This document shows positions 42,420 through 52,679 of a DNA stretch of 64,000 nucleotides, one piece after another. The notes beneath the pieces are model-generated. The model did no database searches. It was not told the DNA's origin and worked only from the letters and a program-made list of their open reading frames with translations. The stretch spans positions 1 through 64,000 of the forward strand of contig JBGPGO010000003.1 in NCBI GenBank assembly GCA_041483895.1. The letters are read 5' to 3'. The translations under genes were made by a program, and so were the position numbers. This DNA is from Fimbriimonadia bacterium. GTDB lineage: Bacteria > Armatimonadota > Fimbriimonadia > Fimbriimonadales > JABRVX01. Every line of letters begins with the position of its first letter. Positions within the stretch are counted from its first letter, which is position 1.

Positions 42420-44183
42420 GTGAGACGGTTTATTAAATCGTTCCTGGCAAAAGTGGTCAGTCGGGTCTTGGTAGTGACGATGGTTGTCGTCACCTGCCAA
42501 ACAACGTTCGTACGCTCCGCGCACGCCCAAAGGGCGGCAATTCCCAATTGGGCAGTCGTGGAGTTTGTGAACAAGTCCAACTATGGCGGAACCGCGATCG
42601 CGGCCATTGCAACCGACTCGGTTATTCGAGAATTTCAAAAGAACGGCAAGTATGAGATCGCGCCCAAGGCGACGGTCGAGCAGCAGATGAAGGAGCTTGG
42701 GCTTGCTCCGCCATTGGATCGATTGAAGGTCATGAACCTCGGCCAGGAACTGAATGTGGACGCGATTGTCGCCGGCGAGATCAATCAGATCACGATCTCG
42801 GACAAGGGCGCAAAGCAGGCCAAGGTGATCATGAGCGTTTACGTTTATGATTCGTCTTCCGGTCGAGCCGTTTCAGGGGCAACCGGCGTGACGGGGATCA
42901 GCACCGGTCGGGTCGGCCTTACCGGTGGTGAGGACGCTCTGGTCCAGGAGGCCATTCAGTTGGCAGCGCTGGAAGCGGTCGCAAAGATATCCAGCCTGCA
43001 TATCGCGGACGCGACCATCCTGTTTGCGGGACCTGAAAAGGTTATCATGAACAAGGGGTCTCGCGAGGGCCTGAAGGTCGGCATGGAGATGCTGATCCTT
43101 CGGTACGGCGAATATGTCGCAACGGTGAAGCTGGGTGAGGTTTCCGGCGATGATGCCACCGGATCGATATTAGACAGCGCGAAGGGCGTGCGGCCCGGCG
43201 ACAAGGCGAGGGCGATTTTCCCCGTTACGGAAGTGAAGGTTAAAGGTGGCGAGGTGGTACGAGGCGCGCCACGCGGCACCAAGAACATTAGCGGCATCTT
43301 TACCACAGTGCTGGTCGTCGGCCTCGTATTGATGCTTCTATCGAAAGGCAGCGGCGGCGGGAATTCTGCGACCGATAGCGTGAAAGCCGAATCGGTTAAC
43401 GACAATACGACCCTGGGAGCGGCCGTCCGGGTCAGTTGGAACACGAATCTATTCGCGAAGAACAACGCGGGCAGGGTCGAATGGCATATCTGGCGATCGG
43501 GCTCCGTGCTGCCGGTAGGGGTCGCCAACGGCAATCTAAACTTCTTTATCGATGACACGAATTCGCTGTTGACGCAGTGGCACGACGGTCGAGGCCAGCC
43601 AAGCTATCCGACCTGCGCCGACGATCCGGGTTCAACGGACCTTCAGGAGGGCGCCGTTCAGCCGGGAACCACTTATTCGTATTCACTGTCCCTATTCTAT
43701 AAGATCAATTCGGCTGATATTGGTGGTGGCGGCGGCGGCACCGCCACGGAATGCTTCTTCGAGAGCGACCAGCGCACAGCCGATGGGGTTGCTACGGCGC
43801 TCGACCGAGGCGTGCTGCAGTTGCCTCCGAACCAGTCCGAAAGCGTGGACCTGCGAACCGTATCGTTCTCGTGGGAATCGGTGCTGGGCGCCAACGCATA
43901 CGTAGTGGAATTGTCAACCGACATTACGTTTAACAATAGGAATGCTATCAAGGTTGTGGCGGAGGTCAATACGGCTCAGTTCGGTGGAATCGTCAGCACG
44001 ACCATCCTCGATCTTCGAAGCCTGTTTCCCAACGCCACCAAGCTGTATTGGCGAGTTGGGGCGAAAAATCTGGGCGATAACCCCGGCCCGGTGCCCGATC
44101 GAATTGGCAAACGGTACGTCTTTTCATTGCCGTTCGAATTCACACCGGTTGAGGGCCCGCCGCCTCCGCCCGGCGGTAAATAA
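42420..44183 (+). CDS. Secreted CsgG/FlgT-like protein with internal hydrophobic segment and Fn3-like C-domain
   Basis: AHA signal; WAVVEF.N, LG.ELNVDAIVAGEI, MNKGSREGLKVG..VRPGDK; FSW..V.GA..Y.VELS. Confidence 0.7.
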   Translation: MRRFIKSFLAKVVSRVLVVTMVVVTCQTTFVRSAHAQRAAIPNWAVVEFVNKSNYGGTAIAAIATDSVIREFQKNGKYEIAPKATVEQQMKELGLAPPLDRLKVMNLGQELNVDAIVAGEINQITISDKGAKQAKVIMSVYVYDSSSGRAVSGATGVTGISTGRVGLTGGEDALVQEAIQLAALEAVAKISSLHIADATILFAGPEKVIMNKGSREGLKVGMEMLILRYGEYVATVKLGEVSGDDATGSILDSAKGVRPGDKARAIFPVTEVKVKGGEVVRGAPRGTKNISGIFTTVLVVGLVLMLLSKGSGGGNSATDSVKAESVNDNTTLGAAVRVSWNTNLFAKNNAGRVEWHIWRSGSVLPVGVANGNLNFFIDDTNSLLTQWHDGRGQPSYPTCADDPGSTDLQEGAVQPGTTYSYSLSLFYKINSADIGGGGGGTATECFFESDQRTADGVATALDRGVLQLPPNQSESVDLRTVSFSWESVLGANAYVVELSTDITFNNRNAIKVVAEVNTAQFGGIVSTTILDLRSLFPNATKLYWRVGAKNLGDNPGPVPDRIGKRYVFSLPFEFTPVEGPPPPPGGK

Positions 44184-44200
44184 GATATCGGTTATCGGTA

Positions 44201-47194
44201 TTGGAGAAGAGGTGGTTGGTTAAGATGAAGCCTATATCTCGATTAATCTGGCTCGCAGTTGCCGCATCGCTTGCAGTCAATATGGCGTTTGCGCAAGCTG
44301 GTGCGTCATCTCGGCGATTGAGCAAGCAAGAGATTCGGGCACAGATGGATCGGGTCGTCAAGGGCCAGATACTCATCTCGCTCGACCCAGGGGCGACCGT
44401 AGAACAGGCCAAACAGTTCGCGGCGAAACATGATATCGAATTCGTTCGCGCTATGCGCGTGCCGGATCGATTTGTGTTTCGTATCAAACAGTGGCAGTCG
44501 GTCGATATGGAGCAGCTGACGGTCGCCAAGGTGGGCGATCTCGTGGGGGTACCTGGGACGCGTTTCGTCGAAGCCAACCGATATCGGATCATTTTGGACC
44601 AAAGCCCGAACGACCCTCTCTACGGCCAGATGTGGGCGCTCAAGCAGATCAAGGCCCCACAGGCCTGGGATTTCCAAAAGGGTGTGGACGGAATCACGAT
44701 CTGCATTCTCGATACGTCTATCGAAATCAGCCATCCGGATTTCCAGCTTCCGGGCGGGAAATCGCGAATGCTGACGGGATACAACGCGGACGGCAACGGA
44801 ACGGATCCGAGCCCGGATCCGGATTGGCCCTTTTCGCATGGCACCAACTGTGCCAGCCTCCCCTGCGCAACCACGGATAATGGCCTCATGATTTCCGGTC
44901 TGTGCTGGGAGGGAGTGAAGGTATATCCCATTCGGGCAACCGACAATCCATTCTTTTTCCCGTTTGACCTGCTGCAGGAGTCGTATCAGCGCGTCAAGGA
45001 TTACAACCTTGAATCGGGTCATCCGAAGGTAGCGGTGCTAAGCTTGAGCATTGGTGGGAATTTCAAGTCCCAACCCGAAGGAGACCTGCTAAAGGCCATC
45101 CGCGCCCAAGGGACATTGATTTTCGCCGCGGCCGGCAACGAACGGCCCTTCCTTCCGGCAGGCTACCCGGCGACCTGGCCGGATGTTATCTCCGTGGCGG
45201 CAACCGCTAATGGCGGCGGAATCGCCAGCTACTCCAGTTTCGGCGACGCGGGCCGAACCTCGAGCAAGGTCGACCTGGCAGCGCCGGGCGGCGACGGCTT
45301 TGGCGTGGACCAGGAGATGACGCTGTTGGAGATGGTCTTACGCGGCGCTACCTCTACGGGCGTTGGCACCTCCTATGCATGTCCGATGGCTGCGGGCGCG
45401 GCAGCACTGCTGCTTTCCGCCGGCGTTGGTGTGGACGAAGTGTTCGATGTGCTGAAGCAGACGGCGGATACTCATGGACTCGGCGTTCCGAACATCGACT
45501 ACGGCTTCGGCGAAATCAATCTGTTTGAAGCGCTCAAGAATTACGGCGGGTCCGCCTCGTTCATCGTGCCCAAGAGCGGTGATGTGTACGAATATCGAAA
45601 CATACACATCCAAGCGCGATTCAACAACATCTTGACTGATACAATCAAGCTCTACGACGGCGATACGGAGCTTCCGTATGGGGACCTGATCGACAAGGGA
45701 TCGACGAAGGAAATCGACACGTATCACGTGTTTTCCAATGGAACCCATACGCTTTCGATTGGCGGCACCAGTTCGATCGATGGCAAAGTAGTTGATCCGA
45801 AACCGACGGTAACTTTCAAGGTTCAGCCACACACCCAGATTAGCGGCACAACGATGTTTGCGGTCCCATACGGGATCGGCGACTCCGTGCCGGCGGACCT
45901 GTTTGGCGCGAACTTCCGTTTGCAGCGATTTGTGTATCAAAGAGATGCGCTCGGAAATGCCTTGGATGCCGGCAATTGGTACCGATATCCGGATCCGCTC
46001 GCGAGCTTCCATCCGCCGACAGACTTTGTGACAGTTGATGGTTTGACGGACCCAATCGATCCGATTGGCCGGGCATACTTCCTGACCATCGACGTCGCAA
46101 CGCCGCTCTCGGTCATCGACGGCGCCAATACGTCCGTGTCGTATCGAATCCCTCTGAATCCGGGTTGGCAGATGTTTGGAAACCCGTTCCCATTTGTCAT
46201 TGATTGGAATACCGTCGAGGTCGATTCGATCAATCAGCGGCTGACCCTTCAGGAGGCCATCGATCAAGAGTACGTTCGGCCGCAAATCTTCCGCTGGTCC
46301 CCGATTGCCCTTGGCTACACGTGGCGAACGAACAAAGATAACGGCCAGATCTACGCTTGGGAAGGCGCTTGGGTCTTTGCGCGCAAGCGATGCTGGTTGG
46401 TCGTTCACCCGATACAGACGGTGGGCAGAGCGGCTGGCGGAGACGGCAGGCCGAACATCGCAGGCGATGGTTGGGCGCTCCGGCTCTCCGCTACGGCCGG
46501 GGGGCATTCGGACGTCAGCAATTACATCGGGGCGACCGCAAGTCCCAATCCGAACTATGACATCGTTCCTAAGGCGCCGTCGCCGATGAACGATATTTCT
46601 CTCGTCATCCAATCCTCCGACGCCAAATCCGCCCTGGCCCAGTACCTGATGGATCGAAACGCTCGGAAGCAGGAGTGGACCTTCACTGTGTCTACGGCCA
46701 AAGGCGGTGAGGATGTAACGTTGAATTGGGACGTGATCGTCAGGCCCACGACGGAAATGAACTATACATTGGTGGATACGATTAACGGTCGAAGAGTATC
46801 CATGAATGCTACGACATCCTATCGCTTCCAGTCTTCGCAGGACGGCGTGGCCCGCAAGTTCAAGGTCATTGCGACCCCAAGCGGCGCTGCCAAGCTGGTA
46901 GTAACGGCAGTGATTGTCTCTTCGTCCAACTCGCGGGGCGGATCGAGCTTCGTGGTTCGATATTCCCTCAACAAGGACGCCCAGGTCAGCGTGGCGGTCC
47001 TTTCGGCGACCGGCAAGCGGATCGCTACGATTGCGGACGGTGGACGCGCGGTCGGAGCCAACACCGCGACGTGGAATGGCCGCGACGGCGCGGGCATCGC
47101 GCAAGCGCCCGGCGTCTATATGGCCGAAATCACGGCAACCAGCTCGAATGGAGAACGGGTAAGGGTCGTCAGCCCAATCGTGCTGACCAGGTAG
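44201..47194 (+). CDS. S8 subtilisin-like protease with C-terminal FlgD-Ig module
   Basis: ILDTS, SHGT, AAAGN, GTSYACP catalytic motifs; WNGRD..G....PGVY; true start probably 44225. Confidence 0.9.
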   Translation: MEKRWLVKMKPISRLIWLAVAASLAVNMAFAQAGASSRRLSKQEIRAQMDRVVKGQILISLDPGATVEQAKQFAAKHDIEFVRAMRVPDRFVFRIKQWQSVDMEQLTVAKVGDLVGVPGTRFVEANRYRIILDQSPNDPLYGQMWALKQIKAPQAWDFQKGVDGITICILDTSIEISHPDFQLPGGKSRMLTGYNADGNGTDPSPDPDWPFSHGTNCASLPCATTDNGLMISGLCWEGVKVYPIRATDNPFFFPFDLLQESYQRVKDYNLESGHPKVAVLSLSIGGNFKSQPEGDLLKAIRAQGTLIFAAAGNERPFLPAGYPATWPDVISVAATANGGGIASYSSFGDAGRTSSKVDLAAPGGDGFGVDQEMTLLEMVLRGATSTGVGTSYACPMAAGAAALLLSAGVGVDEVFDVLKQTADTHGLGVPNIDYGFGEINLFEALKNYGGSASFIVPKSGDVYEYRNIHIQARFNNILTDTIKLYDGDTELPYGDLIDKGSTKEIDTYHVFSNGTHTLSIGGTSSIDGKVVDPKPTVTFKVQPHTQISGTTMFAVPYGIGDSVPADLFGANFRLQRFVYQRDALGNALDAGNWYRYPDPLASFHPPTDFVTVDGLTDPIDPIGRAYFLTIDVATPLSVIDGANTSVSYRIPLNPGWQMFGNPFPFVIDWNTVEVDSINQRLTLQEAIDQEYVRPQIFRWSPIALGYTWRTNKDNGQIYAWEGAWVFARKRCWLVVHPIQTVGRAAGGDGRPNIAGDGWALRLSATAGGHSDVSNYIGATASPNPNYDIVPKAPSPMNDISLVIQSSDAKSALAQYLMDRNARKQEWTFTVSTAKGGEDVTLNWDVIVRPTTEMNYTLVDTINGRRVSMNATTSYRFQSSQDGVARKFKVIATPSGAAKLVVTAVIVSSSNSRGGSSFVVRYSLNKDAQVSVAVLSATGKRIATIADGGRAVGANTATWNGRDGAGIAQAPGVYMAEITATSSNGERVRVVSPIVLTR

Positions 47195-47213
47195 AGAGGA
47201 GTTACGGATAGTT

Positions 47214-49979
47214 ATGAAGCTCAATCGGATCTGTAAAATCGCAAGCGTACTGGCAGTACTGGGAGGTTTGTGCCTTATCCCGATGAAGGCTCAGGCACAA
47301 GTATGGTTTGATTGTCTTGCTGACCACACGATAACCACCGACGACATTTGGGTAAAGCTTTCTAGTGATTTATTAGGAGTCTGGATCGGCGCGAGCGGAT
47401 CGATTACTTGGGGCAATGACGGTGACAATTCAGATGACGACAAATTCAATGATCCCGAAGCGGTCTGTTTTCTTACACCGATCACCGGTGAGGTCCAAGG
47501 GCGGTTTGCATTCTGGTCGGATCAAGGCTCACTGTTCACCGATCGGGACGACTTAGTTGCAATCACATTTGGCAGCCCATGGGCCAGTGGCGAGTGGTGC
47601 TACGCAACGATTCGAGTAGTTGACGGTACCACTACGACCGACAAGATTTGGGGAAGCAGCGAAGGGGGCACAATCCTTCCCACCAATCCGGGCGCAAGTA
47701 ACAATTATCTGCGGGGAGTATGGAATTACAACGGCCCGCAGGTCTGGTGCGATATGCGCATAGACATGCTGGGCGACACTGCGCGGATTCGTTGGGACTT
47801 CTACAATTTTGAGAATCACGTCGTCCAGGTTGGTCTGCGCTTTGGCCAGTGGATCGCGCCAAAGCAGGCCGACAATTCATCCCGCGGTTTCATTGACAAC
47901 GATTACATTATCGTTCCCGGCCAACGTCCGAAACAGGTGGACTATATCGCCGACCGGCTGGAGATCGGGAGCTCCAAAATGCCGCCCTACGTTGACTTTT
48001 ATTTTGGCCAGTCGGACTTTGCGCCGGATTTCAGGCAATGGATCAAGCGCGACAATCAACACCCGGATCTAACGCAAGTCGATCGGTTTGAGCTAATGGA
48101 GCACACCCGCCTTCTCCTCGGACGTCGATGGCAGGGATTCCATGTTCCCGACCTGCCGCTCGTAGACCCGACGTACGCCGTCTTTTATAATCCGGTGAAT
48201 GTAGCTCCCAATTCGCTGGACGACTTCAACAAGGGCAAGCCTGGGCTGCGAATTATTCAGTACATGGGCCTGGCGAACGGCGCCAGCGACGTGACCTTAC
48301 CCGTCGCTGTAACTACCGAAGCGCCAAAGGCGCTTCAATTCTCGAGCAGCAGCCTCAACGGCTTGTCGCCCAACCCGTTCAAGATTTATGGGACGGTCAC
48401 AAACGGCTATTCTGTTGTGGACCAAGAGTTGGACCTTACGAACATCACCCTGGCGGTGTCGCTGCCACCCGGATTCAAAGTCACCGATGGTCAAGTCCAA
48501 AAGACAATCGCAAGGCTCGGACCCAACGACAGTCAACAAGTAAGCTGGGATGTAGAGTCGGACGGCACGTCCAGCGGAGAGTTGAGTTATCGAGTGGCGG
48601 TAAGCGCCTCCCCCGCGAACGCCAAGACGATTACCAACACGATGCTGGTATCGCCGACCAACCGGCTGAAAACAACGCCGGGTTACAACCTCGTGTCATT
48701 ACCATTCACGTTTGACGACGCGCGTTTTGACACGATTTTCGGAGTGAGCGGACTCAAGACGATCTCGATCGACCAGTTGACCGGCCGATACATTCCGATC
48801 GATACAGCGGTTCGCGGGCAGGGTGTCTGGCTGGATACCGGGGAATCGAATGTGTTCTCCCTCAATGGAGCGCATACTCCGACCGGCCAGCAGACCAGCA
48901 GCTTCCCGTATTCGCTGCAAAGTGGCTGGCAGATGATTGGCGACCCGTGGCTGTATCCGGTGCCGCTCGGCCAAATCATATTCGTGGGCTCCGACGATCC
49001 GACGAAATCATTCAACATCCAGGATGCCATCAACCTGAAGTGGATCAAGGGTGTCCTGTATTACTTCGATAAAGCCCTCGGCGAGTATTTGTTCACCCAG
49101 GACTTGTCCACGGCCGTGCAACCGATGGTTGGTTATTGGGTCAAAGTGACAGCCCTAAAGCCGGTACAGATGATTTGGCCTCCGGTCTTCGCGGTCGGCG
49201 TCGGCGGCAGTCCGCGCGCCACTATCGATCCTTGGTTGCCAAAGCCAGGCCACTACCGTCTGCAGATTGCCGCCCGCACGAAGGCTGCCGCGGATACACA
49301 AACATATTTCGGTGTGTCGGCTGACAGCAACGATGGAGCAGATAACAACGACATTCCCGAACCGCCTATGGTGCCCGACTGCAAGCTTAACGTATCCATC
49401 GATCACTCCGATTGGGGTCAAGACGCGGGGCTCTACGCGCAGGATGTCCGCTCCAGCAGCCAGCAGAATCACACATGGTTCTTCACGGTAAACAGCTATG
49501 AAGACGCTGACGTGACGATGACGTGGCCAAACCTATCGCAACTGCCGAAAGACGTGGCATATCGGTTGACCGATCTGCAATCCGGAATTGTTCGGAATCT
49601 GCGGGGGGTCTCGGCCTATACGTTCCACACGGCAGAAGGACAGAGGAAGTTCAAGCTAGAGCAGGTGCCGGGAACTCCGGGCAAAGTCGCGATTACCGGC
49701 ATGAACACAAGCCAAGGCCGGAGCTCCGGCGTCACGATCCAGTACTCCCTCAGCGGCGAGGCAACGACATCGGTCCGTGTCTTGAGCGCGGCGGGCAAGC
49801 TGGTGCAGACGATCTCGGCAAGCCGAGCGGAGGGTGTCGGCGCGCAGAGCCACGTTTGGAATACGCGGGACGCCCAAGGGATTGCGATGCCGCCCGGTTC
49901 CTACATCATTGAAGTTACGGCAGTTACCACGGACGGACAGGTGGCGCGCGTCGTGCGGCCCCATGTTTTGACGCGATAG
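47214..49979 (+). CDS. Large secreted protein with C-terminal FlgD-Ig module
   Basis: AQA signal; GWQMIGDPW; WN.RD..G..MPPG.Y; ends PHVLTR. Confidence 0.85.
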   Translation: MKLNRICKIASVLAVLGGLCLIPMKAQAQVWFDCLADHTITTDDIWVKLSSDLLGVWIGASGSITWGNDGDNSDDDKFNDPEAVCFLTPITGEVQGRFAFWSDQGSLFTDRDDLVAITFGSPWASGEWCYATIRVVDGTTTTDKIWGSSEGGTILPTNPGASNNYLRGVWNYNGPQVWCDMRIDMLGDTARIRWDFYNFENHVVQVGLRFGQWIAPKQADNSSRGFIDNDYIIVPGQRPKQVDYIADRLEIGSSKMPPYVDFYFGQSDFAPDFRQWIKRDNQHPDLTQVDRFELMEHTRLLLGRRWQGFHVPDLPLVDPTYAVFYNPVNVAPNSLDDFNKGKPGLRIIQYMGLANGASDVTLPVAVTTEAPKALQFSSSSLNGLSPNPFKIYGTVTNGYSVVDQELDLTNITLAVSLPPGFKVTDGQVQKTIARLGPNDSQQVSWDVESDGTSSGELSYRVAVSASPANAKTITNTMLVSPTNRLKTTPGYNLVSLPFTFDDARFDTIFGVSGLKTISIDQLTGRYIPIDTAVRGQGVWLDTGESNVFSLNGAHTPTGQQTSSFPYSLQSGWQMIGDPWLYPVPLGQIIFVGSDDPTKSFNIQDAINLKWIKGVLYYFDKALGEYLFTQDLSTAVQPMVGYWVKVTALKPVQMIWPPVFAVGVGGSPRATIDPWLPKPGHYRLQIAARTKAAADTQTYFGVSADSNDGADNNDIPEPPMVPDCKLNVSIDHSDWGQDAGLYAQDVRSSSQQNHTWFFTVNSYEDADVTMTWPNLSQLPKDVAYRLTDLQSGIVRNLRGVSAYTFHTAEGQRKFKLEQVPGTPGKVAITGMNTSQGRSSGVTIQYSLSGEATTSVRVLSAAGKLVQTISASRAEGVGAQSHVWNTRDAQGIAMPPGSYIIEVTAVTTDGQVARVVRPHVLTR

Positions 49980-49998
49980 CTAGCCAAGGAGGGTTTGC

Positions 49999-50715
49999 GT
50001 GAATCGAACGAAATGGATATTGTTGGCCGCCGCGCTTGGCGTGGCGGCCTTCGCCTCGGCCCAGCAGAAGATGGCCAAGAACCCGATCACGATCTTCGAT
50101 TTCGCCACGCCGGAAAACGTCACGGCTCAAGAAGGGTTCAACCCGGCGGAGTTGCTCCGATTCGGCATCAGCGAGCGGTTGGAGAAGACGGACAACTACC
50201 AGCCCCTGCGATTCAATTTGAAATCGCCGACCGTCCAGTTGGCGCTCGTCGAAGGGCGAATGACTTTGGAGCAGACAAGACCGCCGTTCAACGAACCTGT
50301 GGGCAACAGTTGGAAAGCCGTTGAAGTTGGCAAGAAGATCAAAACCCCATTTGCAATGGCCGGCTCGATTGATAGCTACAAGTATGACGATGCGAAAAAA
50401 CAGGGCAGCATTGTGGTCAGCCTGGACGTCTATGATGTTCAGGGGGACAAGATCATGGTCAGCGCCGCAGTGACCGGTGAAGCTAAGGGAACGGCGGGAA
50501 GCAACGAAGTGGGCGTCATGGCGCAGGCCATCGATGATGCCGCCACCAAGATCTATCAACAGATATCCGAGCCGCTTGGCGTAGGCAAAATGACGATTTT
50601 GGAAAAGACCGACGAAGGCAAGAAGAAGCAGATCAGCGCCAGGTTTACGAAAACGATGTTCGCCGCGTCGGTCATCGGTCTTGCTATCATCGTCTTAAGC
50701 ATGCGAGGCAACTAA
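49999..50715 (+). CDS. CsgG-like periplasmic protein with C-terminal membrane anchor
   Basis: ASA signal; ITIFDF, VG.K......AGSIDSY, LDVYDV; basic patch then terminal hydrophobic helix. Confidence 0.65.
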   Translation: MNRTKWILLAAALGVAAFASAQQKMAKNPITIFDFATPENVTAQEGFNPAELLRFGISERLEKTDNYQPLRFNLKSPTVQLALVEGRMTLEQTRPPFNEPVGNSWKAVEVGKKIKTPFAMAGSIDSYKYDDAKKQGSIVVSLDVYDVQGDKIMVSAAVTGEAKGTAGSNEVGVMAQAIDDAATKIYQQISEPLGVGKMTILEKTDEGKKKQISARFTKTMFAASVIGLAIIVLSMRGN

Positions 50716-50744
50716 GACCCCGTGGGGAGACGGACTATCGTGCG

Positions 50745-52676
50745 ATGAAGGCAACACTCGGTCTCCTGATTCTGATCACTTCGTCGGCGTTCTGCCAGCA
50801 GGTCGCGACCGTCGAGTTGGTCGCCTATCCGGATATGGCGGTGGCAGACGGGAATTCCACGCTGTCTGTCAGCGCCACGGTGCGAGATCGCAACGGCAAT
50901 TATGTTCCCGACGGTACGCAAGTTGCTTTCACAGTCTCATCCGGCCAATTCAATGATTCGGTGGTAGGAACGCAGGGTGGTGTCGCGCGGGCTAGCTTGG
51001 TGGCACCGAACATTCCCGGAAAATCGAAGATCACGGCGTCGGTCGTCAGCTACGCGGGGGTCGCTGACATAACCGTGGAGTTCGTGTCCGATCCCTCGCA
51101 GATCCGCCGTACGACCTCGTATGTCGAAGTGACAGGCAAGACATATCTCGCTTATGCCGTCGACCAACAGACGATTGCCGCTACCGGCTCCGGCCAGACG
51201 GCGCACGTCACATATCGGAATGTCAACGTATATGCGGACGACCTGCAGCTCGAGTTGGGGCCGATGGTGCTGATCGCATACAACGCCAAATTGCAGGTGG
51301 GGAGCGGTGAAATCCAGGCGGCCCAGCTCCATTACAACATCCGGGACAAGATTGGCACGGCTGTGATTACCGAGGACGGCAAGGATGTGATGGTGCAGTT
51401 GGATGGTGTGGAGGCAAAGCACCTGGAGCGCACGCAGGACCCGGAAGTGTATCGCGACGAGTACCGGTTCATGGAGCTGACGAATTCCACCACACAGATC
51501 CTCGCAAATAGCATCATCGTGAATCCCGGCCGAGAGGTACTGTTCACCCACGCGAAGGTCTATGTGGGAGCGAACAAGCTGATGTCGATGCCGTTCTATT
51601 CTTTGGATATGCTGAGGCAGGGCGGAATCTTCAACGATCAGATGTTCGGTGTTAACCAAGACGGCGTGTCGCTCGATCTGCCTTATTATGTTAGTCTTGG
51701 ACCTCGGCAATCCAGCTCGCTTCGCCTGCGATCCCAATACACGGGGGGCCGGACCTATACATCATCACGGGGAACTACGCTTGACTGGGTCACGAAGTAT
51801 TCCGATAACGACGCTTATTCCGGGGACTTTACGATCAACGATCTGTCCAGCGATCACTTCGGAGCTACGATTCGGCATACGCAGAACTTTTCGAAAAATC
51901 TCCATGGATATTTCCTGCTCGATTCTCCGCGGCATGAGAGCCTCTATGGCTATGCAAATCTCTCGCACGAATTCTCGAATTATCGCGCATCGTTCTCCAT
52001 GTCCGGCTCGCGGGGGCTGACAAGAACAACGAGCAACGATCGGCGCGCGGATTTTTCAATCGACACAAATGCCAAGAAGCTTTTCGGCGGTCTGATCAGC
52101 CACTCAATCGGCGTTACGACATCCTACCATCAGTATGACGGAAGCTCCGCGCCGATTGTCCAACAGGGCTATGGACTTCGATATCGAGTGCGTACGGCGC
52201 AGGCGAGGTTTGGATTCGGCAGCGTTGGGGCCGGACTAACCATGACAAAACTGTGGGGTTCGAATCAAGTCTCAGGAGTCGGGCTCATAGGCAACATCAG
52301 TTCAGCTATGACCATCACGCCCACAGCGACAATGACAGTTAACTATGAGTATAACCAAGGTCAAAGCGGTCCCGGCATTTTTGGGAGACAAAGAATTTCG
52401 ACAGGACTTCTCGGCGAATTCGGATCCTTCTCGACGAGCGCATATCTGAGCAGGAGCTTGGATGAGAACTTCGTGACCCTATTCCTTGATAACTCGATCC
52501 AACTTTCGAAAACGTGGCGCATTGCCTACAGCTACACAGGCGACAGCGCACTTGGGTCGTCGTTTAAGGACTATTCTTTTGTGATTGGCTTCCGGATTGG
52601 CATACGCGAGATCGGGCTTCGCTGGTCTTACCTGACGAACCGAATCGGTTTCGAGCTGCTCTCGGCCGGATTCTGA
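50745..52676 (+). CDS. Invasin (Big_1)-like domain plus predicted outer-membrane beta-barrel (LptD-like)
   Basis: VADG.S.....ATVRD.NGN.VPDGT.VAF; alternating amphipathic strands in the C-half; terminal Phe. Confidence 0.7.
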   Translation: MKATLGLLILITSSAFCQQVATVELVAYPDMAVADGNSTLSVSATVRDRNGNYVPDGTQVAFTVSSGQFNDSVVGTQGGVARASLVAPNIPGKSKITASVVSYAGVADITVEFVSDPSQIRRTTSYVEVTGKTYLAYAVDQQTIAATGSGQTAHVTYRNVNVYADDLQLELGPMVLIAYNAKLQVGSGEIQAAQLHYNIRDKIGTAVITEDGKDVMVQLDGVEAKHLERTQDPEVYRDEYRFMELTNSTTQILANSIIVNPGREVLFTHAKVYVGANKLMSMPFYSLDMLRQGGIFNDQMFGVNQDGVSLDLPYYVSLGPRQSSSLRLRSQYTGGRTYTSSRGTTLDWVTKYSDNDAYSGDFTINDLSSDHFGATIRHTQNFSKNLHGYFLLDSPRHESLYGYANLSHEFSNYRASFSMSGSRGLTRTTSNDRRADFSIDTNAKKLFGGLISHSIGVTTSYHQYDGSSAPIVQQGYGLRYRVRTAQARFGFGSVGAGLTMTKLWGSNQVSGVGLIGNISSAMTITPTATMTVNYEYNQGQSGPGIFGRQRISTGLLGEFGSFSTSAYLSRSLDENFVTLFLDNSIQLSKTWRIAYSYTGDSALGSSFKDYSFVIGFRIGIREIGLRWSYLTNRIGFELLSAGF

Positions 52677-52679
52677 TTC

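Noticed and set aside
45338..47224. 628-aa antisense ORF (also 34538..35758, 17013..17933, 61141..62076)
   Set aside because: Shadow frames of well-supported GC-rich genes, with no motifs.
36716..52676. Flagellar or curli operon
   Set aside because: FlgD-Ig and CsgG/FlgT-like domains are present only as modules; no flagellar structural genes or curlin repeats.
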